Positions 48,670-57,811 of a stretch of 64,000 nt of DNA are shown here, in pieces (positions within the stretch are counted from its first letter, which is position 1; the number at the start of each line of letters is the position of its first letter). A program made the position numbers and the translations under genes. The stretch spans positions 30,200 to 94,199 of the forward strand of contig CADASL010000007.1 in assembly GCA_902790595.1 (NCBI GenBank), written 5' to 3'. The notes beneath the pieces were generated by a model, which saw only the letters and a list, made by a program, of their open reading frames with translations, made no database searches and had not been told where the DNA came from. This DNA is from an uncultured Bacteroidales bacterium. GTDB taxonomy: Bacteria > Bacteroidota > Bacteroidia > Bacteroidales > SZUA-534.

Positions 48670-49863
48670 TTACTTGTAATTGCCGTAAGCGTCGGCCACC
48701 ACAACAATGGTGTTGTTCTGCTTTTCGGCGCCACCGGCTTGCGGCATCGTAACCTTGCCCACCATTACAATGCTGCCCGACTCCAACTCGACAGCCGTCT
48801 GCAAATCGGAGCTGCTGGTGGTTGAGTATTTAAAATCGGAATCAGGTTTGTCGTTCACTCCTAACGACTTGTTGCTCAGCTCGTTCAAATCGCTATCGAG
48901 AATAACGTAAGCGCCTTTGGTAACCACCTGCTTAACATCAGTGTAGAAACGCGAGCCGTAGAGCAGAATCTTGCCCGACGACAGGCTTAAAACGCCGTTG
49001 CCCGTGAATTCAATAATGCTGATTGAACGTTTGGTGTTGCCGTTGGCATCGAGTCGGTACAGTTTTGTCTGAAGACCTGAGCGCTGCGTCAGACCGCAAG
49101 CGTAGAAGATTTCGTTGTTTTTTGATATTGCCAGATTCTGCGAATAGAAATTCGACGGCATATCAACACTGCTCTTCTTCCATACAATTCCGCCTTTGGC
49201 GTCGAGCTTGTAGAAGATTGGAATATATTCGGTTCCGTTATCGTTGTATTTGCGGCCCAAAACCACGACATTGCCTTCGTTGTCGGCAACAATGGCATCG
49301 GCCGACTCGTTGGTCTCGCTCGAAACGGCCTTGCTCCACTCCTTCTCGCCCGTTTCGGCACTGAAACTGCTCAACACAATAGCGTATTTGCCTTTGGTCT
49401 CCGACTTGGTTGAAACCACCAAAATCTGTTTGCCAACAACCGCGCGCCCGACAACCGACTCGTTTTTCTGGTCGGCAACCGGATTTTGCTCCAGTTCTTT
49501 ATAACTGCCTGAAACATTAAGTTTTACCGGAGAATCACCAACATTGGCGAAAACGCCATAATTGCCGTTCGAATACTTGGTGATTGAGCTTACACTATTT
49601 AAGTTGTTGACTTTTACGATGTTTTCCGAGGTTTTAATAAAACTCTTGTTCAACTCGATAAGCTGAACTGCCGGATTCTCGTATTTCGCGTCAGAACATT
49701 CGTTAAGAATCACCATTCCGTTCTCGTTCAATACGGCGTCGGCTGTTTTTGAATTGATTAACTCAGCATTTGTATTGACATAATAGAAAACGCCTTGTTG
49801 CGCTAAAGCACTAATTGTCAGCAATGTTGCCGACAACAGCATTAATGGTTTTGCTCCTTTCAT
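48670..49863 (-). CDS. Hypothetical secreted protein, 397 aa (beta-rich, possibly propeller-like)
   Basis: Signal peptide MKGAKPLMLLSATLLTISALAQQ. Alternating beta-strand-like segments. No recognised motif. Confidence 0.6.
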   Translation of the reverse strand: MKGAKPLMLLSATLLTISALAQQGVFYYVNTNAELINSKTADAVLNENGMVILNECSDAKYENPAVQLIELNKSFIKTSENIVKVNNLNSVSSITKYSNGNYGVFANVGDSPVKLNVSGSYKELEQNPVADQKNESVVGRAVVGKQILVVSTKSETKGKYAIVLSSFSAETGEKEWSKAVSSETNESADAIVADNEGNVVVLGRKYNDNGTEYIPIFYKLDAKGGIVWKKSSVDMPSNFYSQNLAISKNNEIFYACGLTQRSGLQTKLYRLDANGNTKRSISIIEFTGNGVLSLSSGKILLYGSRFYTDVKQVVTKGAYVILDSDLNELSNKSLGVNDKPDSDFKYSTTSSSDLQTAVELESGSIVMVGKVTMPQAGGAEKQNNTIVVVADAYGNYK

Positions 49864-49956
49864 AGATTTCTTTTATAAAATAGGTTGCAAATATAAAAAA
49901 ATATGACAATTACGTATTTTTCATTTTAATGCTTGCAACACCTATTATTATATAGC

Positions 49957-49987
49957 AAAAAGTCCGCACCCCACCAGGCTGCGGACT
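49957..49987 (-). terminator. Terminator of valS
   Basis: AGTCCGCA...TGCGGACT stem with a T-run on the minus strand. Confidence 0.6.
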
Positions 49988-50016
49988 TTGTTTTATGCTA
50001 TATATCAGCAAGTTTT

Positions 50017-52728
50017 CTAGCTCAGCGCTTTAATCTGCTCGTCGATTGCTTTTATTTTTGCTTCGGCATCGGCTTGCTTCTTGCGCTCGTTCTCAACAAC
50101 GGCTGCGGGGGCTCCGTTCACAAACTTCTCGTTCGAGAGTTTCTTCATTACCGATTGCAGGAAGCCTTCCAGATAAGTGCGGTCGGCTTGCAGTTTGGCC
50201 AGTTCGGCCTCAACATCGATATTGCTGCCGAACGGAACGTAGAATTCAGTTGTCTGAACCATAAAGGCGACGGTGCCGTCGACTTTTTGGCTGACAATCT
50301 CAATCGATTCGGCGTTGCCCATCTTTGCTATCACGCTGTCGAACTGCGCGTTGTAGCCTTTGCTGCCTTTGTTCACAAAGAGTTTGATTGCGTCGCGGTT
50401 CGGGATTTTCTTGTCGGTGCGGACGGTGCGGATTTCGGCAATTGTCTGCTTAACATTCTCGAATTCCGCCAGATAATCTTCGTTGAACGCTCCAGCCTCA
50501 GGCCATTTGGCAACTATCAGGCTGTCAGTGGTTTGGCGCTCCTTAATCGACTGCCAAATCTCTTCGGTAATGAACGGCATAAATGGGTGCAACAGTTTGA
50601 GCATCTTCTCAAACAACTCAATCACAGCGTTATAAGTTGTGGCGTCGCAAGCCGTTTGGTATGCGGGCTTCACCATCTCAAGGAACCAAGCCGAGAACTC
50701 GTCCCAGAACAGGCGGTAAACGGTCATCAGCGCCTCCGACAGACGGAACTTGTCGAAGTGGTCGTTGAGTTGCACGATGGTGCTGCTCAATTTTTGGTTG
50801 AACCACTCAATGGCTACGCGTGCGGCTTCGGGTTGCGGCAGTTTGTCATCGACATTCCAACTGTAAACCAGGCGGAAAGCGTTCCAAATCTTGTTGGCGA
50901 AGTTGCGACCTTGCTCAGGCAGCGAGTCATCGTAAAGCAAATCGCCGCCAGCAGGCGAGCAGAGCAACATTCCCACACGCACGCCATCGGCGCCGTAGTC
51001 GGCAATGAGTTTGAGCGGGTCGGGTGAGTTGCCGAGCGATTTCGACATCTTACGGCCCAACTTATCGCGCACAATACCAGTGAAATAGACGTTGCGGAAC
51101 GGCACATCGTGCTGATACTCCTCGCCAGCCATAATCATTCGGGCAACCCAGAAGAAAATAATGTCGGGGCCCGTGACAAGGTCGCAAGTTGGGTAGTAGT
51201 AGTTAATCTCCTTATTTCCAGGGTTGTTGATGCCGTTGAAAAGCGAAACAGGCCACAACCACGACGAGAACCAAGTGTCGAGCGCATCCTCATCGTGACG
51301 CAGTTGGTCGGCGGTAATGTTCTCGTAACCCTTGATTTTGCGTGCTTCGGCCAGAGCCTCGTCGGCTGTGAGCGCAACCACAAATTTCTCTTCCTCGCCT
51401 TCGGCCGTTGGCAGGAAATAGGCGGGAATGCGGTGTCCCCACCAGAGTTGGCGGCTGATACACCAGTCCTGAATATTCTCGAGCCAATTGCGGTAGGTCG
51501 ATACGTATTTGTTGGGGTGGAACTTGATTTTTCCCTCGAGCACGGGCGGCAGTGCAATGTCGGCAAAGTGCTTCATCGACAGGAACCACTGCTTGCACAG
51601 GCGCGGCTCCACAGCCGTATCCTGATTGCGCTCCGAGTAGCCCACCTTGTTGTCGTAATCCTCAATTTTCTCCATCAGGCCGGCATTTTGAAGGTCGATG
51701 GCAATTTGCTTGCGAACATCCATACGGTCTTGTCCAACGTAGAGTCCGGCAGCCTCCGACAGCGTTCCGTCGGGGTTGAAAATGTCGATTGTCTCCAGAT
51801 TGTGAGTCTGTCCGAGAGCATAGTCGTTTGCATCGTGAGCAGGCGTAACTTTCAGACAGCCAGTACCAAACTCAATATCAACATAGCGGTCTTCGATTAC
51901 GGGAATCACTCTGTTGACGAGCGGCACAATCACCTTGTGACCGCGCAACCATTGGTTTTTCGGGTCTTTCGGGTTGATACACATCGCGGTATCGCCCATA
52001 ATTGTCTCCGGACGGGTGGTAGCCACCACAGCGTAGTAGCCTTTCGCGTCTTTATGAATGATTTCGCCTTCGGTTCCAGTGGGTTTCACAGGGTTCGAAT
52101 CGGCATCAGCCACATAATAACGCAGATAGTATAGTTTGCTTTTTTCTTCGCGATAGATAACCTCCTCGGTGCTCAATACGGTCTGTGCCTTCGGGTCCCA
52201 GTTGACCATTCGCAAACCGCGGTAAATCAAACCTTTGCGATACAAATCGACAAACACGCGCAAAACCGATTCGCTGCGCACATCGTCCATTGTGAAAGCA
52301 GTGCGGTCCCAGTCACACGAAGCGCCCAACTTCTTGAGTTGCTCAAGAATCACGCCGCCGTGCTCTTCTTTCCACTCCCAGGCGTATTTCAGGAACTCCT
52401 CGCGAGTCAGGTCGCGCTTTTTGATACCCATATCGGCCAACTTCTTCACAACCTTTGCCTCGGTGGCGATTGAAGCGTGGTCGGTGCCTGGCACCCAGCA
52501 GGCGTTGCGGTCCATCATACGGGCGCGGCGCACCAGAATGTCCTGAATGGTGTTGTTGAGCATATGGCCCATATGCAGCACGCCGGTAACGTTCGGCGGC
52601 GGAATCACTATAGTATATGGTGTGCGGTGGTCGGGTTCGGAATGGAAGAATTTGTTGTCCATCCAGAACTTGTACCATTTTTCTTCGGCCGCAGCCGGAT
52701 TGTACCTTGTCTCAAGTTCCTTTTTCAT
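50017..52728 (-). CDS. valS: Valine--tRNA ligase
   Basis: [16 protein letters not shown] (HIGH region), KMSKSLGN (KMSKS), and a C-terminal coiled coil; 903 aa. Confidence 0.95.
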   Translation of the reverse strand: MKKELETRYNPAAAEEKWYKFWMDNKFFHSEPDHRTPYTIVIPPPNVTGVLHMGHMLNNTIQDILVRRARMMDRNACWVPGTDHASIATEAKVVKKLADMGIKKRDLTREEFLKYAWEWKEEHGGVILEQLKKLGASCDWDRTAFTMDDVRSESVLRVFVDLYRKGLIYRGLRMVNWDPKAQTVLSTEEVIYREEKSKLYYLRYYVADADSNPVKPTGTEGEIIHKDAKGYYAVVATTRPETIMGDTAMCINPKDPKNQWLRGHKVIVPLVNRVIPVIEDRYVDIEFGTGCLKVTPAHDANDYALGQTHNLETIDIFNPDGTLSEAAGLYVGQDRMDVRKQIAIDLQNAGLMEKIEDYDNKVGYSERNQDTAVEPRLCKQWFLSMKHFADIALPPVLEGKIKFHPNKYVSTYRNWLENIQDWCISRQLWWGHRIPAYFLPTAEGEEEKFVVALTADEALAEARKIKGYENITADQLRHDEDALDTWFSSWLWPVSLFNGINNPGNKEINYYYPTCDLVTGPDIIFFWVARMIMAGEEYQHDVPFRNVYFTGIVRDKLGRKMSKSLGNSPDPLKLIADYGADGVRVGMLLCSPAGGDLLYDDSLPEQGRNFANKIWNAFRLVYSWNVDDKLPQPEAARVAIEWFNQKLSSTIVQLNDHFDKFRLSEALMTVYRLFWDEFSAWFLEMVKPAYQTACDATTYNAVIELFEKMLKLLHPFMPFITEEIWQSIKERQTTDSLIVAKWPEAGAFNEDYLAEFENVKQTIAEIRTVRTDKKIPNRDAIKLFVNKGSKGYNAQFDSVIAKMGNAESIEIVSQKVDGTVAFMVQTTEFYVPFGSNIDVEAELAKLQADRTYLEGFLQSVMKKLSNEKFVNGAPAAVVENERKKQADAEAKIKAIDEQIKALS

Positions 52729-52851
52729 TTCTATTTCGATTTCAAATTGTTACGTTTTCCGATAAAAGTCAACTCGTTTAAAAAGAACTGCAAAAATAGC
52801 AAATGGTGTTTGTCGGCAAACGGATTTTTGATTTATAACTGCGAAAAACGC

Positions 52852-52883
52852 AAAAAAGGCGCGGAATCCATCATTCACGCGCC
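52852..52883 (-). terminator. Terminator of the M23 peptidase gene
   Basis: On the minus strand, a GGCGCG...CGCGCC stem followed by T6. Confidence 0.6.
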
Positions 52884-52910
52884 CTTCGCAATATCTTTTT
52901 CTTTACTGAA

Positions 52911-53876
52911 TCACAGCGTTTTTGCCGGGTCGGTGAGCTGGTCGTTGTAATAAACCTCGTAGTGCAGATGGTTCCCGGTCGATGTTCCGGTTGAGCCCAC
53001 GTAGCCGATGAGGTCGCCTTTTCTGACTTTGGCGCCGGAGCTGACAACCATCCGCGACATATGGGCGTAACCTGTTTTGTAGCCGTTCTGATGATTGAGT
53101 TTTATGAAATTGCCGTAGCCGTTGCACACGCCCGCAAATGCCACAATGCCGTCAGCAGTGGCATAGATGGGAGTGCCGTTGGGCGCTGCAAGGTCAACAC
53201 CTTTATGGAAACTCTTGCGCCCGTAAACCGGATGGATGCGCTCGCCAAACGGCGACGATATGCGGCTGTAGGTGCAAGGTTTGCCGCTCGGAATGTTGCT
53301 GTTGCCCGATTTGGCCTCAACCTCTTTTTTCGGCTCCGGTTTCTGTTCCTGCTCCGGCTCTGCCTTTTGTTCCGGCATTGGTTCAGCCTTGGCCGGCTCG
53401 GTTTGATTGATGACATCGCTTATCACAATCGACAGCTTGTTTGTGGCCTCTTTCACCTGCTGGGCATTGGCCTCATCAATGTTCGCGCCGGTGAGTTTCT
53501 TCAAAATCTCGTCCGACGAAGCGTTGTCAATCGCCTCCTTGGCCTCTTTCGCATTTTTTGAAAGCTCGCTTGAACTAACGGTTGATTTCGGGGCTTTCGC
53601 CTTGGTTTTCACCTCAATATTGTCGTCAGATTTCATCAAATCGATAGATGAGATTTCGGAGTCGTACATACGGTTCATCGCCCGCTTGTAGTCCTCAACG
53701 GTCTGCTCATACTCAGCCTTCAAGGCCTCAATACCCTGCTGACGTTCTTTTGCAAACTCCTCAAATTCTGCATTTTGCTGCTTGACAAACTCCTCAAAAT
53801 TCTGGGCTTTAACGTTTTGCGCGAAAGCAAAGACCGCAAACGCTGCCACCATTGCGGCTAACGAATTGTGTTTCAT
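52911..53876 (-). CDS. M23 family metallopeptidase with an N-terminal coiled-coil region
   Basis: HKGVDLAAPNGTPIYA...GNFIKLNHQNGYKTGYAHMS...GSTGTSTGNHLHYEV (HxxxD and HxH motifs). Start taken at MKHNSLAAMVAAFAVFAFA. Confidence 0.9.
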   Translation of the reverse strand: MKHNSLAAMVAAFAVFAFAQNVKAQNFEEFVKQQNAEFEEFAKERQQGIEALKAEYEQTVEDYKRAMNRMYDSEISSIDLMKSDDNIEVKTKAKAPKSTVSSSELSKNAKEAKEAIDNASSDEILKKLTGANIDEANAQQVKEATNKLSIVISDVINQTEPAKAEPMPEQKAEPEQEQKPEPKKEVEAKSGNSNIPSGKPCTYSRISSPFGERIHPVYGRKSFHKGVDLAAPNGTPIYATADGIVAFAGVCNGYGNFIKLNHQNGYKTGYAHMSRMVVSSGAKVRKGDLIGYVGSTGTSTGNHLHYEVYYNDQLTDPAKTL

Positions 53877-54028
53877 AGTTATATGGTTATCAATTTTCCG
53901 ATTTGAAAGATAGAAATAATTTTTTTCAAAAAAAATCGCACCTAGCTGCAACCTTTCCGCGTAAATTGCATCATTATATCAGAAAAAAGGGGCAAAAGCC
54001 TCGTAGTACTAACTAAAAAACGAATATA

Positions 54029-54490
54029 ATGAAACGTAAAATTCTATCAATGTTCACTTTACTTGCCATTGCGGCAGGTTTTTCGTCGTGCGACGATGAT
54101 TATTGGAACACTGAAACGCGCGAAGATGTTGAATGGACCACACAAAAAGTCACCGTGAAAGAGCGCGACTGGGCATACCAAACAAACCACAGCGGCTCGG
54201 GCGGTTATTACTTTGCCGACATCAAAGTCCGCGAACTTGACGGCGATGTTTTCCGCCGCGGCCTTGTCTGCTGCTATATGTACGACGGCGACGACCTGCA
54301 GATTCCCCTGCCCTGCACCCGCACAATTAGCGACGGCACTCACGAGTGGCAGCGCACCATCGATTTTGAATTTTACCGCAAGGGCATAACAATCTACGTT
54401 ACCGACTTTATTCCGCAAAGCGAGGCCAACGCCAATTTCGAGCCCGACGAGCCCGAGGAAATGCAGTTCAGAATTGCATTGCTCAATTAG
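54029..54490 (+). CDS. Hypothetical lipoprotein, 153 aa
   Basis: Lipobox LAIAAGFSSC. No recognised domain. Confidence 0.6.
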   Translation: MKRKILSMFTLLAIAAGFSSCDDDYWNTETREDVEWTTQKVTVKERDWAYQTNHSGSGGYYFADIKVRELDGDVFRRGLVCCYMYDGDDLQIPLPCTRTISDGTHEWQRTIDFEFYRKGITIYVTDFIPQSEANANFEPDEPEEMQFRIALLN

Positions 54491-54544
54491 CCGATGTAAG
54501 ACACACTGAAATACATAGTTGAAAGTTTAATAATGATTGATGGG

Positions 54545-54577
54545 TCCGGTGGCGCATTTGTCACCGGATTTTTTTTT
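54545..54577 (+). terminator. Rho-independent terminator
   Basis: TCCGGTG...CACCGGA stem followed by T9. Confidence 0.75.
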
Positions 54578-54656
54578 GCGCTAACAACACATTCGCATTA
54601 CGAGTTCTTGACCGATTATACTCTCAATCGACGGAAAGCAATGAAGGCGCCCTACA

Positions 54657-54707
54657 TCAGGGCACCCAATCGTGCTTGAGCACGAAGGGAAATGCCGCCT
54701 TTGCAGA
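54657..54707 (-). pseudogene. Displaced 3' remnant of a homolog of the 55991-57103 outer-membrane gene
   Basis: The minus-strand frame reads ..SAKAAFPFVLKHDWVP*, compared with ..SAFDYTYAFTFVLKPDFVLWRR* at the end of the intact gene. The DNA core AATCG(T/G)GCTTGAGCACGAAGG is 20/21 identical between 54668-54688 and 56011-56031. Confidence 0.7.
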
Positions 54708-54730
54708 TTTCGCCACACGTTTCAGAATAA

Positions 54731-54799
54731 ATTATGCGCTTTACATTATGCGAATCACATAATTCGATTTGCATAATTCGAATCGCATAATTACATTTG
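54731..54799 (+). repeat. 14-bp-periodic repeat array: 2x ATTATGCG followed by 3x CATAATT (inverse orientation), overlapping a TACATTTG -7 element
   Basis: ATTATGCG at 54731 and 54745. CATAATT at 54758, 54772 and 54786. TACATTTG at 54792-54799, ending 27 nt before ATG 54827. Confidence 0.7.
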
Positions 54800-54826
54800 C
54801 GAAACAGATTTTAAAACATCCTGGCT

Positions 54827-55951
54827 ATGGAAAATCCTTTTGTTGTCGTTGGGAAAATACCCGACAAATACTTTTGCGACAGGGAAATGGAATCGAAAAA
54901 GATTATCCGTTCCATTACTAACGGGAATAATCTTGTCCTGATTTCGCTGCGAAGAATGGGAAAAACTGGGCTCATTCAGCATTGTTACGCTCAAAAGGAA
55001 TTAGAGGAACGATACTATACGTTTTTTGTGGATATTCTTCATACCGCGTCGCTGCAAGAATTCACTTTCGCTTTGGGGAAAGAAATATACAGGCAGATTG
55101 TTCCCAAAGGGAAAAAGGTCTCAATGGCATTTTTGCAGACCATTAAATCGATTGCCGGAAAATTCGGCATCGACCCCGCTACGGGTTTGCCTGCATTCAA
55201 TATCGATTTGGGTGATATTGAGAAGCCGGAACTTACTTTGGAAGAAATATTCACCTACCTGGAACAAGCCGACAAGCCGTGTATTGTGGCAATTGACGAG
55301 TTTCAGCAAATACATAAATATCCCGAGAAAAATATTGAAGCTTTGTTGAGAGGGCACATTCAAAAAATGCGGAATTGCCGGTTTATTTTCGCAGGAAGCG
55401 AGCGAAGCATAATGCAGAATATGTTCCTGAATTCCACCCGCCCCTTCTATCAAAGCGCCGACATAATGGAATTAAACGAGATTCCATTTGACGTGTATTG
55501 CGAATTTATTGTTAAGCAATTCAACAACAATGGTATAGCAATCGCTGCGGACACCGTGAAATACATTTACGACACGTTTGAAGGACACACGTTTTACATA
55601 CAAAAAACGTGTAATGAGGCGTTCTCGATAGTCGAAGGCAATGAATGTTCGTTGGGCATTGTGAAACAGGCCATTATGAATATTATTATTGATAAGGAAC
55701 CGACATATAAAGAGATTCTTTCGAACATATCCGACAAGCAGAAAATGGTTTTTTACGCCATAGCGAAAGAAGGTGCGGCAACACAAGTAACATCGTCGTC
55801 GTTTATAAAAAAACATAATCTGCCATCGGCAAGTTCGGTGCAGTCTGCTATGCAGAAACTAATTGAAAAAGGCGTTGTTACGGAACGAAACAAAGAGTTT
55901 ATTGTCGTGGACAGGTTTTTAGGATTATGGATTAAGGACGTTCTACTGTAG
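54827..55951 (+). CDS. AAA-type ATPase (archaeal-ATPase/DUF234-like family)
   Basis: Walker A LISLRRMGKTGL and Walker B-like CIVAIDEFQQI; 374 aa. Confidence 0.75.
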   Translation: MENPFVVVGKIPDKYFCDREMESKKIIRSITNGNNLVLISLRRMGKTGLIQHCYAQKELEERYYTFFVDILHTASLQEFTFALGKEIYRQIVPKGKKVSMAFLQTIKSIAGKFGIDPATGLPAFNIDLGDIEKPELTLEEIFTYLEQADKPCIVAIDEFQQIHKYPEKNIEALLRGHIQKMRNCRFIFAGSERSIMQNMFLNSTRPFYQSADIMELNEIPFDVYCEFIVKQFNNNGIAIAADTVKYIYDTFEGHTFYIQKTCNEAFSIVEGNECSLGIVKQAIMNIIIDKEPTYKEILSNISDKQKMVFYAIAKEGAATQVTSSSFIKKHNLPSASSVQSAMQKLIEKGVVTERNKEFIVVDRFLGLWIKDVLL

Positions 55952-55990
55952 CCGCCGACAATAAACATCCTGTTTTAAGAATTTTATGCC

Positions 55991-57103
55991 CTATCGCCGC
56001 CAAAGCACAAAATCGGGCTTGAGCACGAAGGTGAAGGCGTAGGTGTAGTCGAACGCTGAGTTTTTGAGGTCGTAGTAGCCGACGGCGGTCAAAGCGGCTG
56101 TGAAATAATTGGTTATCTCTTTGGCGAGATTCAGTTCGGCGGTGAGCATACTGCGGCGTTTCTGGTCGGTGGCGCCGTCGTACGAGAGGCTCATATACAT
56201 TGGGTTGCCTTGTTGGGTAATTAAACCGTCGGCAAGCCAATAGCCAACTGTCAGGCTGCTTTGGCCGTGCATCAGACTCACATCGGACAGCCAACCCCAA
56301 CCGCTGTGGTAGAGGCTTTCGGGCGTTGGCGAATTGTCTTTGTAACCAATCACTTGCGACGACGCGCCAATGCCGCTTACAAAACCGCTGGTGTGGCGAG
56401 TGAGCTGCGCGCCGCCCGAGACGTAGTAGAACAGCCGCATCGGGGTGGTGTCGGTATCTATCTGCCCGCCACGGTGGAAAATGGTGAACGAAGCGGGCAA
56501 CTCAACTTCGAGAGCATCGGTCTGCAAAGCCTTCCAACCAACCGACAGGCCACCGTAAATCTGCTCTTTCTTGTTGTCGTCGTGGAAGATAAAGTCCTGC
56601 CAATCGACCCACACATCAGTAAAAAGGCGATTGGTGTTGTACAGAATCTGCATTCCGTTCTCGTAGTTGTTGGTGAGTTGGCGCTCGCGGAACATAATGG
56701 GTTCGGGCAGGCGATGGAACGACGCGCCGTCGATTGTGCCCATTGTGACGGCCAACTTGTTGGTGTGCCAAGTGACGGAATAGACTGGCAGACAGTCGGT
56801 AAACTTGTCGAGGCCCGAGTATTTGGTGAGCCGCACACCCGCCTTCGCCTTTATGTTTGGCGAAAAATGGTACTCGAGCGCTGGCTGCAGATTGTAGCCA
56901 ATAAGTGTGTAGCCTTCAACTATCGGACCAAAGAACTCGTTGTTCCAAAGGAAGTTATAGTTGTCAATGGTCAAATGCAGCGCCGCCGAATCGGCCTTCA
57001 GCAACCGCTCAACATCGCTCTCGGCGGAAAAATACTGCGCTGTGGTAGCGCCTGGAATTAGAAAAATATAAATCGCTATAACAGCGTCCCGTAAATATCT
57101 CAT
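55991..57103 (-). CDS. Putative outer-membrane beta-barrel protein
   Basis: Signal peptide (IYIFLIPGATTAQ). Alternating aromatic/polar beta-strand pattern throughout. No recognised family. Confidence 0.55.
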   Translation of the reverse strand: MRYLRDAVIAIYIFLIPGATTAQYFSAESDVERLLKADSAALHLTIDNYNFLWNNEFFGPIVEGYTLIGYNLQPALEYHFSPNIKAKAGVRLTKYSGLDKFTDCLPVYSVTWHTNKLAVTMGTIDGASFHRLPEPIMFRERQLTNNYENGMQILYNTNRLFTDVWVDWQDFIFHDDNKKEQIYGGLSVGWKALQTDALEVELPASFTIFHRGGQIDTDTTPMRLFYYVSGGAQLTRHTSGFVSGIGASSQVIGYKDNSPTPESLYHSGWGWLSDVSLMHGQSSLTVGYWLADGLITQQGNPMYMSLSYDGATDQKRRSMLTAELNLAKEITNYFTAALTAVGYYDLKNSAFDYTYAFTFVLKPDFVLWRR

Positions 57104-57137
57104 AATCTTTTCGTTTTATGCGTCTGAAAGACGCGAT

Positions 57138-57753
57138 TTGCATAACCGGCAGTAAGCGAAGCGCAACTGCCGGCCTACAACCCACAAAGAAAAACACTCT
57201 GAAAGAGTGAACCTAATCTTTCAGAAAATATTTCTCATCTATCTGGATTCCACTTTCTTCAATAAAACGTCTGTACTCACTTTCGAATGTTTCCACCTTA
57301 TGGTGTTCCTTTTGATTTTTGATATAATTGATGACGGTTTCCTTTTCTTTCAAACTGTATGTAAACGCAGCATAACCTTCGGCCCAACCCTGAAAATTAG
57401 GAAACTCGCTGTTTGTTTTGAGCCATTTGCTTGTCGCGATTTTCAACTCTTGCATAAAAGACGCCACAGACAGCATCGGTGGCAAATCAACGAGCATATG
57501 AATATGATTCGGCATTCTGCCAATTCTGTATAAAACGGCATTTTTATTATTCACGAATCCCAATATGTAGGCATATAAATCTTTCTCGTGAGATTCGGGA
57601 ATGGTATTCAAACTGCATTTTGTGCGGAAAACAATGTGGTATAAAAAGCGAGTGTAACTCATTGTGTAATTGTTTTATGTTCAATCTTTCAGATTGTTTC
57701 TTTTTCCCGTTATCTTACCACGGATTGCGCTTCGCTTATCCGAGGTTATGCAA
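57138..57753. mobile_element. IS200/RAYT-like unit: Y1 (HUH) transposase-like gene bracketed by 36-nt imperfect inverted repeats that each fold into a hairpin
   Basis: Left repeat 57138-57173 is TTGCATAA-CCGGCAG-TAAGCGAAGCGCAA-CTGCCGG. The reverse complement of the right repeat 57718-57753 is TTGCATAA-CCTCGGA-TAAGCGAAGCGCAA-TCCGTGG. The 14-nt core is perfect (57153-57166 / 57725-57738). Confidence 0.7.
57213..57662 (-). CDS. IS200-like / REP-associated tyrosine transposase (Y1 HUH) family protein
   Basis: YHIVFRTK start, the MPNHIHMLV HUH motif, and a conserved Tyr region (YAAFTYS) with NYIKNQKEHH; 149 aa. Confidence 0.8.
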   Translation of the reverse strand: MSYTRFLYHIVFRTKCSLNTIPESHEKDLYAYILGFVNNKNAVLYRIGRMPNHIHMLVDLPPMLSVASFMQELKIATSKWLKTNSEFPNFQGWAEGYAAFTYSLKEKETVINYIKNQKEHHKVETFESEYRRFIEESGIQIDEKYFLKD

Positions 57754-57811
57754 GTTTTGTCCTTCGGACAATGCCTAATTTCCAAATCCTATATCGAAAT
57801 TTCAGAATCAA

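Noticed and set aside
49933-52134. Two long plus-strand ORFs (364 and 341 aa) opposite valS. Similar shadow ORFs lie opposite GH51 (25121-25903), ruvB (58304-58909), the outer-membrane gene (56261-57061) and the SprB-like gene (61623-62249).
   Set aside because: All are antisense to genes with strong family signatures and have no motifs of their own.
54731-54799. Short phased repeats considered as a mini-CRISPR or an integron attC.
   Set aside because: The units are only 14 bp with no unique spacers. No cas or intI genes are present. The array is better explained as an operator-like or terminal binding array.
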